Assembly (NCBI GenBank): GCA_038062875.1
Contig: JBBTWF010000001.1
Coordinates: forward strand, 27,769 to 91,768
Direction of reading: 5' to 3'
DNA: 64,000 nt
DNA from: Patescibacteria group bacterium
Lineage (GTDB): Bacteria; Patescibacteriota; Minisyncoccia; UBA6257; UBA9933
Under the pieces are notes generated by a model. It ran no database searches and was not told where the DNA came from. It was given only the letters and a program-made list of their open reading frames with translations. Below are positions 1 to 9,232 of this stretch, one piece after another. How positions within the stretch are numbered: position 1 is the stretch's first letter; every line of letters begins with the position of its first letter. Both the position numbers and the translations under genes were made by a program.

Positions 1-3
1 TAA

Positions 4-180
4 ATTGGAAATAAAAAAAGCGATTGAATCGATTTATGGTGTGAAAGTAGTTTCGGTTAATGTCGTGAATATTAAAGGCAAGTCCAGGCGAATGGGGAGA
101 ACTCTTGGTCGGACTTCATCGTATAAAAAAGCGATTGTTACGTTAAAAGAAGGCCAGAAGATAGACGTGATGCCTACATA
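4..180 (+). CDS. rplW: 50S ribosomal protein L23, C-terminal part (5' end outside the window)
   Basis: In-frame reading gives ...[46 protein letters not shown], a typical L23 C-terminus; it lies immediately upstream of rplB as in S10 operons. Confidence 0.6.
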
Positions 181-187
181 AATTACA

Positions 188-1018
188 ATGAAACATTACA
201 AACCGACAACTCCATCAAGAAGACATACGACATCCGTTGATTACGGGGTCTTAAGCGCGGTTAAACCGTTCAAGAAATTATTAAAGAAGTTGCCTAAAAA
301 TTCCGGGCGCAACAATCAAGGGAGAATAACTACGCGTCATCAAGGAGGCGGAAATAAAAAGCTTTACAGAATCATTGATTTCTGTCAAAATAAGCTGGAT
401 GTTCCCGCTAAAATCGAATCGTTGGAATACGATCCGTATAGAACCGCTTTTATTGCCAGAATTTTGCATCAAGACGGAGAGCGGAGTTATATTTTAGCCT
501 CAAAAGTAATGAAGGTTGGAGACGAGATTATCGTTTCTCGCAAAGCGCCTTTTAAAGAAGGGAATCGTTTAGAATTAAAAAATATTCCTGTTGGTTATTT
601 AGTTTACAATATTGAATTAAATAAAGGCCAAGGAGGACAATTGGCAAGATCGGCCGGTTCTTATGCCGAGATTTTGGCTCAAGACGGCGACCTAACTCAT
701 TTGAAATTATCGTCAGGCGAAGTCAGGAAAGTGCGCGGGGAAAATTTTGCTTCTTTGGGGCAAGTTTCCAACTCTGACCATAATTTGGTAGTTATTGGCA
801 AAGCCGGTCGTTCGCGTTGGCTTGGTATCAGGCCGACGGTGCGAGGTTCGGCGATGAATCCGTGCGATCATCCTTACGGCGGCGGAGAAGGAAAAGCTTT
901 AAGGGGCACTAAAAGGCCAAAGACGAAATGGGGCAAGGTCACCGGCGGAAGAAAAACAAGAAATAGAAAGAAATGGTCAAATAAAATGATTATTCAAAGG
1001 AGAAAAATTAAAAAATAA
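188..1018 (+). CDS. rplB: 50S ribosomal protein L2
   Basis: 276-aa ORF with L2 hallmarks ([24 protein letters not shown]); position after L23. Confidence 0.95.
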   Translation: MKHYKPTTPSRRHTTSVDYGVLSAVKPFKKLLKKLPKNSGRNNQGRITTRHQGGGNKKLYRIIDFCQNKLDVPAKIESLEYDPYRTAFIARILHQDGERSYILASKVMKVGDEIIVSRKAPFKEGNRLELKNIPVGYLVYNIELNKGQGGQLARSAGSYAEILAQDGDLTHLKLSSGEVRKVRGENFASLGQVSNSDHNLVVIGKAGRSRWLGIRPTVRGSAMNPCDHPYGGGEGKALRGTKRPKTKWGKVTGGRKTRNRKKWSNKMIIQRRKIKK

Positions 1019-1020
1019 TT

Positions 1021-1317
1021 ATGAGTAGAAGTTCAAAAAAAGGCCCGTATGTTTATGAGAAACTATTAAAGAAAATAGCCGGTTTAAAGCCGGACGACAA
1101 AATGATTATCAAAACATGGGCGCGAGATTCCGAAATAGCGCCACAAATGGTCGGTTTCACTTTCGGCGTTCATAACGGCAAAGATTTTATTTCCGTAAAG
1201 ATTGCAGAAGAAATGGTTGGACATCGTTTGGGAGAATTTTCGCAAACAAGAAAATTCACAAGGCACGGAGGGAAAATGCAGAGAGAATTGGAACAAAAAA
1301 CAACGGAAAAGAAATAA
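1021..1317 (+). CDS. rpsS: 30S ribosomal protein S19
   Basis: 98 aa, S19 motifs ([22 protein letters not shown]...GHRLGEF); follows rplB. Confidence 0.93.
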   Translation: MSRSSKKGPYVYEKLLKKIAGLKPDDKMIIKTWARDSEIAPQMVGFTFGVHNGKDFISVKIAEEMVGHRLGEFSQTRKFTRHGGKMQRELEQKTTEKK

Positions 1318-1322
1318 GTAAT

Positions 1323-1841
1323 ATGAAAACTCAAATCGCAAAATTAAATTATCTGCGGATGGCGCCGAGAAAAGCTCGTTTAGTCGCTAATACGATTAAG
1401 AAATTATCAATTAACGAAGCCGAGGCCTTACTTTTAGCCAGTCCCAGAAAAGCCGCGGAACCGATTTTAAAACTTTTGCGTTCGGCGATTGCCAACGCTA
1501 AAAACAACAAGCAAATGGAAATCAGTCGTCTTTTTGTTAAAGAAATCAAGGTTGATAAGGGGGCGATGTTAAAAAGATTGATGCCGAGGGCCAGAGGTCA
1601 AGCAGGCGCGATTCAGAAAAAAGGCAGTCACATCACTTTAATTTTGGAGGAATCAGATAAATTAAAGGCGCCAAGATTTAACATTGTTAAGCCGGAAAGA
1701 ATCAAGAAGTCCGAATTTAAAAAAATAAAGGAACAAAAAGAAGCGGAAAGGGAAAAATCGAAAGAAGCGCTTAGAATTGAGACAAAATCGTCAAAAGGTC
1801 CGGGATTTATGAAGAGAATGTTCAGGAGAAAATCTATTTGA
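1323..1841 (+). CDS. rplV: 50S ribosomal protein L22 with a long lysine/glutamate-rich C-terminal extension
   Basis: The N-terminal roughly 115 aa match L22 (KARLVANTIKKLSINEA...). About 55 extra basic residues at the C-terminus are unusual. Position is between rpsS and rpsC. Confidence 0.88.
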   Translation: MKTQIAKLNYLRMAPRKARLVANTIKKLSINEAEALLLASPRKAAEPILKLLRSAIANAKNNKQMEISRLFVKEIKVDKGAMLKRLMPRARGQAGAIQKKGSHITLILEESDKLKAPRFNIVKPERIKKSEFKKIKEQKEAEREKSKEALRIETKSSKGPGFMKRMFRRKSI

Positions 1842-1853
1842 TTATTTATATTT

Positions 1854-2525
1854 ATGGCGCAGAAAATTAAACCAAATTCATTTAGATTGGGGATAAGTAA
1901 GGACTGGAATTCTCGTTGGTTCCCCAAAAAGACCAATTATAAATCTTATTTACAAGAGGATGTTTTATTAAGAAAAGTAATTTTAAAAAAAATCGGAATT
2001 GCTGGAATTGATAAAATTGTCATAGAAAGAACCGGCAATAACTGTAAAATTTTCATTAAGGCTTCCAGACCAGGATTGATTATCGGACGAGGAGGAAAAG
2101 GGGTTGAAGAATTGACTAAATTATTAGAAAGTAAATTAAAAAAAATAAGGAAAGAAAATAAAATTTCCGAGTCCGTTTTTTTAAGTTTAAATATAGAAGA
2201 ATTGAAGCGTTCGGAAATTTCCGCTCAAGTGATTGCTCAGAGTATTGCTTGGGATTTTGAAAAAAGATTGCCTTTTCGGAGAACTATTAAAAAATATTTA
2301 GGCAATATTCTCCAGAATAGAGAAGCAAAAGGAGCGAAAATAGAGGTCTCCGGAAGATTGGACGGATCTGAAATCGCCAGAAGAGAACATTTAGAGCATG
2401 GAGCAATGCCGCTTCAAAATCTTCGGGCTAATATTGATTATGGCGAAGCCACGGCTTTTACCACCTATGGAACGGTCGGAGTAAAAATATGGGTGTATAA
2501 AGGAGAAATATTTAATAAAGCTTAA
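1854..2525 (+). CDS. rpsC: 30S ribosomal protein S3
   Basis: [13 protein letters not shown] start, KH domain and S3 C-domain; conserved gene order. Confidence 0.95.
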   Translation: MAQKIKPNSFRLGISKDWNSRWFPKKTNYKSYLQEDVLLRKVILKKIGIAGIDKIVIERTGNNCKIFIKASRPGLIIGRGGKGVEELTKLLESKLKKIRKENKISESVFLSLNIEELKRSEISAQVIAQSIAWDFEKRLPFRRTIKKYLGNILQNREAKGAKIEVSGRLDGSEIARREHLEHGAMPLQNLRANIDYGEATAFTTYGTVGVKIWVYKGEIFNKA

Positions 2526-2535
2526 AAGTTTAATC

Positions 2536-2949
2536 ATGCTTATTCCAAAAAAAGTTAAACATCGCAAATGGCAAAAAGGGCGTTCTAAGAATCGTCAAGT
2601 TGAGACCCGCGGTATTTCGTTGAGTTTCGGGACTTTTGGGCTTCAATCCTTAGAAAATGCTTGGGTTAATTCAAGGCAGATTGAGGCCGCCAGAAAAACG
2701 ATGAGCCATTTTACCAAAAGAGGAGGAAAGATTTGGATAAGGATTTTCCCAGATAAGCCGATAACTAAAAAGCCGCCGGAAGTAACTTTAGGCGGCGGCA
2801 AAGGAGCGGTAGACCATTATGTGTTTCCAGTTAAGTCAGGGAGAGTGTTGTTTGAAATTGACGGGGTAAGCGATGAAACGGCAAAAGAAGCGTTGCGAAG
2901 AGCGGGGCATAAATTACCAGTTAAAACCAGGGTAATATCTAAAATATAA
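2536..2949 (+). CDS. rplP: 50S ribosomal protein L16
   Basis: 137 aa, [16 protein letters not shown] start typical of L16. Confidence 0.95.
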   Translation: MLIPKKVKHRKWQKGRSKNRQVETRGISLSFGTFGLQSLENAWVNSRQIEAARKTMSHFTKRGGKIWIRIFPDKPITKKPPEVTLGGGKGAVDHYVFPVKSGRVLFEIDGVSDETAKEALRRAGHKLPVKTRVISKI

Positions 2950-2950
2950 T

Positions 2951-3139
2951 ATGAAGAAAAACGAAATCAAACAATTGAAAAACAAACCCCTGCCAGAACT
3001 TCAGAAAAATTTAGCCGATTTTCAAGAGAAATTAAGAAAGATGAAATTTGATTTGGCGGCCGGCAAAGTAAAGAATATCAGAGAAATTAAGGCGATTAAA
3101 AAGGCGATTGCGAGGATTTTAACTACAATAAATATATGA
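2951..3139 (+). CDS. rpmC: 50S ribosomal protein L29
   Basis: 62 aa helical protein in the L29 position ([34 protein letters not shown]). Confidence 0.85.
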   Translation: MKKNEIKQLKNKPLPELQKNLADFQEKLRKMKFDLAAGKVKNIREIKAIKKAIARILTTINI

Positions 3140-3366
3140 AACACAAATTACAAGGAATTATAGTTTCCGATAAAATGAATAAGACGAGAGTCGTTGCAGT
3201 CGAACGGCTTAAAAAACATCCGAGATACTTAAAGTATTATAAAATAACTCGGAGATTTAAGGCGCACGACGAGAATAATGAATACAAAACCGGAGATAAG
3301 GTTGTTATTGAAGAAACAAGGCCGTTAAGCAAAGAGAAAAGGTGGAGAATAATTGGAAGAATTTAG
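3136..3366 (+). CDS. rpsQ: 30S ribosomal protein S17
   Basis: 76 aa, [32 protein letters not shown]..., an S17 OB fold; overlaps the rpmC stop. Confidence 0.9.
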   Translation: MKHKLQGIIVSDKMNKTRVVAVERLKKHPRYLKYYKITRRFKAHDENNEYKTGDKVVIEETRPLSKEKRWRIIGRI

Positions 3367-3434
3367 GGGATAGAATATAGAATTTAGGGACTAAAAATCC
3401 TAAATCCTAAATCCTAAATCCTAAATCCTAAATT
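3367..3434. repeat. Intergenic element of opposed heptamer tandem repeats: (TAGAATA/TAGAATT)n on the left facing (CCTAAAT)x5 on the right, able to fold as a long imperfect hairpin
   Basis: Sequence agaatatagaatttagggactaaaaatcctaaatcctaaatcctaaatcctaaatcctaaat read directly; the left arm is approximately the reverse complement of the right arm. Confidence 0.8.
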
Positions 3435-3800
3435 ATGATACAAGAACGTTCAATATTAAAAGTGGCTGACAACAGCGGAGCTAAAATTGTCCGTTGTTTT
3501 AGAATTTTAGGCGCAACCAGGCGGAGATACGCCGGAATAGGTGATATTATTGTCGCTTCGGTAATTGTCGCCGAGCCGAGAAAAGCCGTTAAGAAAAAAG
3601 ACATAGTTAGAGTTGTAATTGTAAGACAATGTAAGTCATTTCGTCGCTCGGACGGTTCATATATTAAATTTGACGAGAACGCAGTTGTTTTGGTTGATAA
3701 AAAAGAGCCGAAAGCAACAAGAATTTTCGGTCCAGTGCCGAGAGAATTAAAAGAAAGGGGTTTTGAAAAAATAGTTACAATGGCGGAGGAAATAGTATAA
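3435..3800 (+). CDS. rplN: 50S ribosomal protein L14
   Basis: [17 protein letters not shown] start, 121 aa; first gene of the spc-like block. Confidence 0.95.
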   Translation: MIQERSILKVADNSGAKIVRCFRILGATRRRYAGIGDIIVASVIVAEPRKAVKKKDIVRVVIVRQCKSFRRSDGSYIKFDENAVVLVDKKEPKATRIFGPVPRELKERGFEKIVTMAEEIV

Positions 3801-3804
3801 AAAT

Positions 3805-4110
3805 ATGAAAATTCATAAAAACGACACAGTCCAAATAATTACCGGTAAAGATAGCGGCAAGACCGGAAAAGTTTTAAAAGTTTTTCCTAAAAGGGGATCA
3901 ATTTTAATTGATGGATTGAATATTTATAAAAAACATGCCAAACCAAAAAAACAAGGAGAAAAAGGTCAGATAGTTTTGGTTCCGAGGCCGATTAATGTTT
4001 CAAATATAATGATTGTTTGTTCGGCTTGTCATAAAAATACAAAAGTCGGCTATAAATTAGAAAATAAAAATAAAGTTAGGTATTGTAGAAAATGTTCCGC
4101 TAAAATTTAA
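3805..4110 (+). CDS. rplX: 50S ribosomal protein L24 (KOW domain) with a Cys4 zinc-ribbon-like C-terminus
   Basis: The N-terminal KOW motif (KNDTVQIITGKDSGKTGKVLKV) matches L24. The C-terminus reads CSACHKNTKVGYKLENKNKVRYCRKC. Confidence 0.85.
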   Translation: MKIHKNDTVQIITGKDSGKTGKVLKVFPKRGSILIDGLNIYKKHAKPKKQGEKGQIVLVPRPINVSNIMIVCSACHKNTKVGYKLENKNKVRYCRKCSAKI

Positions 4111-4117
4111 AAAATAA

Positions 4118-4166
4118 ATCCCGCACCTTTTGACGGAGTTTAATGCTTAATTAAAAGGTGCGGGAT
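4118..4166 (+). promoter_or_regulatory. 14-bp stem hairpin (atcccgcacctttt ... aaaaggtgcgggat, about 21-nt loop) immediately upstream of and overlapping the rplE translation start
   Basis: Inverted repeat read directly. In E. coli the S8 autoregulatory target on spc mRNA lies at the rplE start, so the position is suggestive. Confidence 0.4.
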
Positions 4167-4172
4167 AAAACA

Positions 4173-4706
4173 ATGGAAAAAGAAATAATTAAAAAAATAA
4201 AACAAGAATTTGGTTACAAAAATGATTTAGCCGCGCCTCGGCTCAATAAAATTGTTGTCAATACTGGCGTCGGCCGGCTAAGCCAACAGCCAAATTTTGA
4301 AGAAAAGATTTTACCGGAAATTATCAAGGAATTGTCGTTAATTACCGGTCAAAAACCGTCAGCATCGGTTGCTAAAAAATCAATCGCCGGGTTTAAAACT
4401 AGAATCGGTCAGATTATCGGCCTTAAAACAACATTAAGACGCCGAAAAATGTACGATTTTTTAGAGAGATTAATTAAAATCACTTTGCCGCGAGTAAAGG
4501 ATTTTAGAGGAATTAATCTTAAAAATGTTGATAATGGAGGGAATTTAACCATCGGCTTGAAAGACCAATCGGCATTTTCGGAAATTAATCAGGAGCTATC
4601 AAAAGTTGACTTTGGCTTGGAAATAACTATCGTTAGTAATACCAAGAAAAGAGAAGAAGCGATAGGATTATATAGATTATTAGGAATACCGCTTAAGAGG
4701 GATTAG
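4173..4706 (+). CDS. rplE: 50S ribosomal protein L5
   Basis: MEKEIIKKIKQEFGYKNDLAAPRLNKIVVNTGVG, an L5 N-terminus; the ATG at 4173 is preferred over the upstream in-frame GTG at 4158, which lies inside the hairpin. Confidence 0.9.
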   Translation: MEKEIIKKIKQEFGYKNDLAAPRLNKIVVNTGVGRLSQQPNFEEKILPEIIKELSLITGQKPSASVAKKSIAGFKTRIGQIIGLKTTLRRRKMYDFLERLIKITLPRVKDFRGINLKNVDNGGNLTIGLKDQSAFSEINQELSKVDFGLEITIVSNTKKREEAIGLYRLLGIPLKRD

Positions 4707-4783
4707 AATATAGAATATAGGATTTAGGGATTAAAACCGCCCCTAAATTCTAAATCCTAAATACTAAATTCTTTAAAATTATC
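4707..4783. repeat. Intergenic opposed-heptamer hairpin element (tagaatatagaatataggatttaggg ... ccctaaattctaaatcctaaatactaaattc)
   Basis: Same architecture as 3367-3434; lies between rplE and rpsN. Confidence 0.8.
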
Positions 4784-4969
4784 ATGGCAAAAGCTTCAGT
4801 AATAGCAAGATCCAAGAAAAAACCGAAATTTTCCACCAGGATAACAAACAGGTGCTTTCGTTGTGGCAAAAAACGAGGTTATATGCGCGATTTTGGCATT
4901 TGCCGTATTTGTTTCAGGGAAATGGCGTCAAAAGGAGAAATACCAGGAGTGAAGAAGGCGTCATGGTAA
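4784..4969 (+). CDS. rpsN: 30S ribosomal protein S14, zinc-binding type Z
   Basis: 61 aa with CxxC...CxxC ([20 protein letters not shown]), the short Zn-S14 form. Confidence 0.9.
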   Translation: MAKASVIARSKKKPKFSTRITNRCFRCGKKRGYMRDFGICRICFREMASKGEIPGVKKASW

Positions 4970-4977
4970 TATAAATT

Positions 4978-5391
4978 ATGTATATAAATTTATTGATACA
5001 ACTTAAAAATGCTCAAGCTGTTGGAAAGGATGCGATTAAGACAACTTATTCAAAAATGGATGAGCGCGTTCTCGATGTTTTAAAGAAAAATAATTTTATA
5101 GAGGCCTACGCGAAAAAGGGAAGAGGAATAAAAAAAGTCCTTGATATTAAATTAAAATATTTTTCCGCCAGAGGCGGATCCGCCTTCGGCGGAAACGGCA
5201 AAAAAAGCGCGATTCAAGATGTTAAATTTATCAGCAAGCCGTCTCGTCGAGTCCAAGTCGGTTATCGTGAATTAAGGCCGGTGAAACACGGTTATGGATT
5301 ATTGGTGGTATCAACGTCTCAAGGCGTTATGGCTGGCAAGGAAGCGAGAAAATTGAAAGTCGGAGGCGAGGCGTTGTTTGAAATTTGGTAA
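4978..5391 (+). CDS. rpsH: 30S ribosomal protein S8 carrying an in-frame palindromic insertion (SARGGSAFGGNGKKS)
   Basis: S8 N- and C-terminal blocks are present; the inserted segment at 5164-5193 is a GC-rich palindrome that recurs in other genes. Confidence 0.9.
   Translation: MYINLLIQLKNAQAVGKDAIKTTYSKMDERVLDVLKKNNFIEAYAKKGRGIKKVLDIKLKYFSARGGSAFGGNGKKSAIQDVKFISKPSRRVQVGYRELRPVKHGYGLLVVSTSQGVMAGKEARKLKVGGEALFEIW
5164..5193. repeat. GC-rich palindromic in-frame mini-insertion TCCGCCAGAGGCGGATCCGCCTTCGGCGGA (family copy 1 of 4)
   Basis: Near-identical 30-mers occur at 6724-6753 (rpsE), 19459-19490 (ligA) and 53886-53915 (murB); each encodes about SA(R/E)GGSA(F/K)GG. Confidence 0.85.
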
Positions 5392-5402
5392 AAATTATTT
5401 TT

Positions 5403-5948
5403 ATGTCTAAAATAGGAAAAAAACCAATAACAATTCCAGAAGGGATAGAAGTCAAAATTAATGACGCTAATTTTGAATTGAAAGGAAAAAATGGAGAGAT
5501 GTCTGTTAATATTTTGCCTTATGTTAAAATAGACATTAAAGATAATCAGATTATCTTTGACATTAAAAATAATTCTAAACAAGCGCGGACTAATTGGGGG
5601 ACAATGCGGTCATTGGTTCAGAACGCCGTTTTGGGATTATGCGAAGGATTTACTAAAATTTTAGAAATTAACGGAGTTGGTTTTCGCGCGGAAATACAAG
5701 GTAGCGATTTAGTTCTTAATGTCGGTTTGAGCCATCCTATAAAATTAAGCCCGCCTAAAGGTATTAAAATTTCCGCTGAAAAAAACATCATTAAAGTTTT
5801 TGGAGTTGATAAAATCGCCGTAGGAGAAACAGCGGCCAAAATCAGGGCTTTTAAGAAGCCGGAACCGTATAAAGGTAAGGGAATTAAATACCAAGGAGAG
5901 ATTATACAAAGAAAAGAAGGCAAGAAGGTCGCGGGAACCACTAAGTAA
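5403..5948 (+). CDS. rplF: 50S ribosomal protein L6
   Basis: MSKIGKKPITIPEGIEVKI, an L6 start; the ATG at 5403 is preferred to the upstream in-frame TTG that overlaps rpsH. Confidence 0.9.
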   Translation: MSKIGKKPITIPEGIEVKINDANFELKGKNGEMSVNILPYVKIDIKDNQIIFDIKNNSKQARTNWGTMRSLVQNAVLGLCEGFTKILEINGVGFRAEIQGSDLVLNVGLSHPIKLSPPKGIKISAEKNIIKVFGVDKIAVGETAAKIRAFKKPEPYKGKGIKYQGEIIQRKEGKKVAGTTK

Positions 5949-5956
5949 ATTGAATT

Positions 5957-6280
5957 ATGACCAAGAGAAAAACATTAAATCAAATAAGATCTCGCAGAAA
6001 AAAGAGGACGCGAGCTAAAATAAACGGCACTTCTGACAAGCCGCGCCTTTCGATTTTTCGAAGCAATCGGAGCATCCAAGTCCAATTGATTGACGACAAA
6101 GTTGGGAAAACATTAATAGCCGCTTCGACAAAAGAAGCTAAGAATTTAGGAGAATTAATTGGCAAGAAGGCGTCTGAAAAAGGGATTAAAAAAGCGGTTT
6201 TTGACAGGGGCGGATATAAATATCACGGTCGAATAAAAAAAGTCGTTGAAGAAGCGCGAAAAGCCGGATTACAAATATGA
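5957..6280 (+). CDS. rplR: 50S ribosomal protein L18
   Basis: 107 aa, KPRLSIFRSNRSIQVQLIDD...FDRGGYKYHGRIKKVVEEARKAGL, L18 motifs. Confidence 0.9.
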   Translation: MTKRKTLNQIRSRRKKRTRAKINGTSDKPRLSIFRSNRSIQVQLIDDKVGKTLIAASTKEAKNLGELIGKKASEKGIKKAVFDRGGYKYHGRIKKVVEEARKAGLQI

Positions 6281-6762
6281 GAGAATTTAAACAACCAACC
6301 GAATTTAAAGACAAGGTTTTAGATTTGCGTCGTGTAACGCGAGTTGTCGCTGGCGGCAAGCGTTTTCGTTTTAGAGCAACCGTGATAATCGGCAATGAGA
6401 AGGGGAAAGTCGGAGTAGGCGTTGCCAAAGGATTAGACGTGGCTCAATCGGTTGATAAAGCCAAAACAGATGCAAAGAAAAAAATAATCGTAATAGATCT
6501 TAAAAATAGAACTATTCCTCATGAAGTTGGGGCGAAATACAGCGCGGCTAAAGTAATAATTAAACCGGCTAAAGTCGGTCATGGTTTAAAGGCCGGCGGA
6601 GCAGTAAGGGCGGTTTTACTTTTGGCCGGTGTTAGAGACGCGACGGCAAAATGTTTGGGCGGAACAAAAAACAAATTAACTAATGCTTTGGCGACGATAG
6701 AAGCGTTAAAAAAACTAAAAACTTCCGCCGAAGGCGGATCCGCCAAAGGCGGAAAAAACTAA
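6277..6762 (+). CDS. rpsE: 30S ribosomal protein S5 with an in-frame palindromic insertion near the C-terminus (TSAEGGSAKGGKN)
   Basis: S5 dsRBD and C-domain are present; the 6724-6753 insertion belongs to the GC-rich palindrome family. Confidence 0.9.
   Translation: MREFKQPTEFKDKVLDLRRVTRVVAGGKRFRFRATVIIGNEKGKVGVGVAKGLDVAQSVDKAKTDAKKKIIVIDLKNRTIPHEVGAKYSAAKVIIKPAKVGHGLKAGGAVRAVLLLAGVRDATAKCLGGTKNKLTNALATIEALKKLKTSAEGGSAKGGKN
6724..6753. repeat. GC-rich palindromic in-frame mini-insertion TCCGCCGAAGGCGGATCCGCCAAAGGCGGA (family copy 2)
   Basis: Direct sequence comparison with the copy at 5164-5193. Confidence 0.85.
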
Positions 6763-6775
6763 AAACCATAAAACA

Positions 6776-7183
6776 ATGCAACTTCATCAACTTCAATCAA
6801 AAATTAAATCAAGGAATAAAAAACGAATCGGCAGAGGCGGGAAAAGAGGCACTTATTCCGGTCGTGGGCAAAAAGGTCAAAAATCCAGAGCCGGCCATAA
6901 AATTAGACCAGCGGAACGCGATTTAATTCAACGTTTGCCTAAACTTCGAGGTTTTAAAAATAAACCGCTTAAATCAAAGCCGGTAGTGGTTAATTTTAGC
7001 GATTTAGAGAAAAAGATTGAAGGCAATATAATTAATAGAGAGATTTTATTAAAAGCGGGATTAATCAGGAAATCGGATAAATTGATAAAAATCTTGGGTC
7101 CAAAAAGCGGTAAAATTACAAAAAAATTTCAGATTGAAGGCGTAGAAATTTCTAATCAACTTAAAGAAAAAATAGCAGCTTAA
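6776..7183 (+). CDS. rplO: 50S ribosomal protein L15 (no rpmD/L30 gene lies between rpsE and rplO)
   Basis: 135 aa, GRGGKRGTYSGRGQKGQKSRAGH motif; only a 13-bp gap to rpsE, so L30 is absent. Confidence 0.9.
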   Translation: MQLHQLQSKIKSRNKKRIGRGGKRGTYSGRGQKGQKSRAGHKIRPAERDLIQRLPKLRGFKNKPLKSKPVVVNFSDLEKKIEGNIINREILLKAGLIRKSDKLIKILGPKSGKITKKFQIEGVEISNQLKEKIAA

Positions 7184-7200
7184 AAGCGTTTTATCGTGTT

Positions 7201-8469
7201 ATGTCCAAAATCCTCCAAATCTTCAAAATCAAAGACCTTCGCAATAAAATTTTAATTGTCGCTTTTTTGTTGCTGTGTTTTAGGGCTTTATCGGTTGTTC
7301 CTATACCGGGAATTGACGTTTCTCGACTGCAGGAATTTTTTTCTTCAAATCAGCTTTTCGGTTTTCTTAATATTTTTTCCGGAGGCGCTTTAGGAAATTT
7401 ATCGATTGTGATGTTGGGAGTCGCTCCTTACATCACAGCTACCATTATAATGCAGCTTTTGACGATGATTTTTCCGAAATTTAAGGAAATGTATTACGAG
7501 GAAGGAGCGGCCGGTCGGGCGAAATTCAATCGTTATTCCCGTTATTTAACGGTTCCTTTGGCCGGACTTCAGGCGTACGGGTTTTTGAATTTATTAATAT
7601 CTCAAAATGTAATTCCTCATTTGGGGATTTTTGACACTTTAAGAAATGTTGTGATTATTTCCGCCGGTTCAATGATTTTGGTATGGCTTGGAGAATTAAT
7701 TAGCGAGCAGAAAATCGGCAACGGAATTTCGCTTATAATTTTTGCCGGTATTGTAAGCGCCTTACCGACAACAATAAGGCAAGCGTTTTTATCTTATGAG
7801 CCTTCAATTTTGCCGACTTACATTACTTTCGCGATAGTGGCGGTTTTTGTAATTGCCGGCGTGATTTTCATTAATGAGGGAGAAAGGAAAATACCCGTTG
7901 CTTACGCTAAACGTGTAAGAGGAATGAAAATGTACGGAGGCGTTTCCAGTTATCTTCCATTAAAAGTCAATCAGGCCGGCGTTATTCCGATTATTTTCGC
8001 CATTTCGATTTTGCTTTTTCCACAGTTTGCCGCGCAAATCAGCGCTGTGATTTCGCAGGATTTCGCTTTAAAATTCAACGAATTAGTCAACAGTGTTTTT
8101 AATAATCAATATTTTTATACCGTTATTTATTTCGTGTTGGTGATGGTTTTTACTTATTTTTACACGGCAGTCACTTTTGACCCGAAAGAGATTTCCAAGA
8201 ATCTCCAGCGGGCAGGCGGATTTATCGCCGGTATTCGGCCGGGTGAATCAACTTCGGTATTTTTATCGAAAATCATCAGTCGGATAACTTTATTCGGCGC
8301 CATCTTTTTGGGGCTCGTGGCTATTTTGCCTAACCTAACTAGAATGGTTACCGGAATCGCCGTGCTTACTATCGGCGGAACCGCGCTTTTAATTGTGGTT
8401 TCGGTTGCTTTAGAATCAATGAAGCAAATAAATTCTCAGTTGATAATGCGTGAATACGAAGAAATATAA
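7201..8469 (+). CDS. secY: Preprotein translocase subunit SecY
   Basis: 422 aa, 10 predicted TM segments, SecY signatures; canonical position after rplO. Confidence 0.95.
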   Translation: MSKILQIFKIKDLRNKILIVAFLLLCFRALSVVPIPGIDVSRLQEFFSSNQLFGFLNIFSGGALGNLSIVMLGVAPYITATIIMQLLTMIFPKFKEMYYEEGAAGRAKFNRYSRYLTVPLAGLQAYGFLNLLISQNVIPHLGIFDTLRNVVIISAGSMILVWLGELISEQKIGNGISLIIFAGIVSALPTTIRQAFLSYEPSILPTYITFAIVAVFVIAGVIFINEGERKIPVAYAKRVRGMKMYGGVSSYLPLKVNQAGVIPIIFAISILLFPQFAAQISAVISQDFALKFNELVNSVFNNQYFYTVIYFVLVMVFTYFYTAVTFDPKEISKNLQRAGGFIAGIRPGESTSVFLSKIISRITLFGAIFLGLVAILPNLTRMVTGIAVLTIGGTALLIVVSVALESMKQINSQLIMREYEEI

Positions 8470-8548
8470 ATTAAGAATATAGAATTTAGAATATAGAATT
8501 TAGGGGCTTAAAATCCTAAATCCTAAATCCTAAATCTTAAATCCTACA
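8470..8548. repeat. Intergenic opposed-heptamer hairpin element (aagaatatagaatttagaatatagaatttagggg ... (tcctaaa)n)
   Basis: Same family as the elements at 3367 and 4707; lies between secY and adk. Confidence 0.8.
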
Positions 8549-9232
8549 TTGATTGCAATTATCTTTTACGGTCCTCCTGGTTCAGGGAAGGGAACTCAAG
8601 CCAGATTAATAGCCGATAAACTCGGTTTAATTCATTTTGATACCGGAAAATATATAGAAAGCGTTGTTCATAATCCAGCAAATAAAAAAAATAAGGAAAT
8701 TCAAAAACAACGGAAAATGTTTGATTCTGGTCTCTTGTGTGAACCCGCTTGGGTGTTGAAAATCATAAAGGAAAGAGTCGAGCAATTGGCCTTAATTGGT
8801 TCGGGCGTTGTTTTCAGCGGTTCGCCTCGCACTTTATTCGAGGCATTTGGAGACAAAAAAAATATCGGTTTAATAAAAATTTTAGAAAAATATTATGGTA
8901 AGAAAAATATTTTTATTTTTAATATTGACATTGCTAAAAAAGAGTCAATAAAAAGAAACAGTAGTCGTTTGATGTGTTCGGTTTGCGGGACTCAACTTCT
9001 CGCCACTTTCAAGAAAATAGCAGAACTTAAAATATGTCCGTTTTGCGGTTCTAAATTGTATCGTCGCACTTTAGATAAATCGGAAATTATCAAAATTCGC
9101 CTAAAAGAATATCAAGAAAGAACTTTACCTATCCCAAAAGAATTAAAAAAACAAGGATATCGGGTTATTCGTATCAACGGCGAACCATTACCAGGGAAAG
9201 TAACGCAATCGATTCTGAAATGGTTATTATAA
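8549..9232 (+). CDS. adk: Adenylate kinase (TTG start) with a Cys4 zinc lid
   Basis: P-loop IIFYGPPGSGKGTQA, lid CSVCG...CPFCGSKLYRR; position after secY. Confidence 0.85.
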   Translation: MIAIIFYGPPGSGKGTQARLIADKLGLIHFDTGKYIESVVHNPANKKNKEIQKQRKMFDSGLLCEPAWVLKIIKERVEQLALIGSGVVFSGSPRTLFEAFGDKKNIGLIKILEKYYGKKNIFIFNIDIAKKESIKRNSSRLMCSVCGTQLLATFKKIAELKICPFCGSKLYRRTLDKSEIIKIRLKEYQERTLPIPKELKKQGYRVIRINGEPLPGKVTQSILKWLL

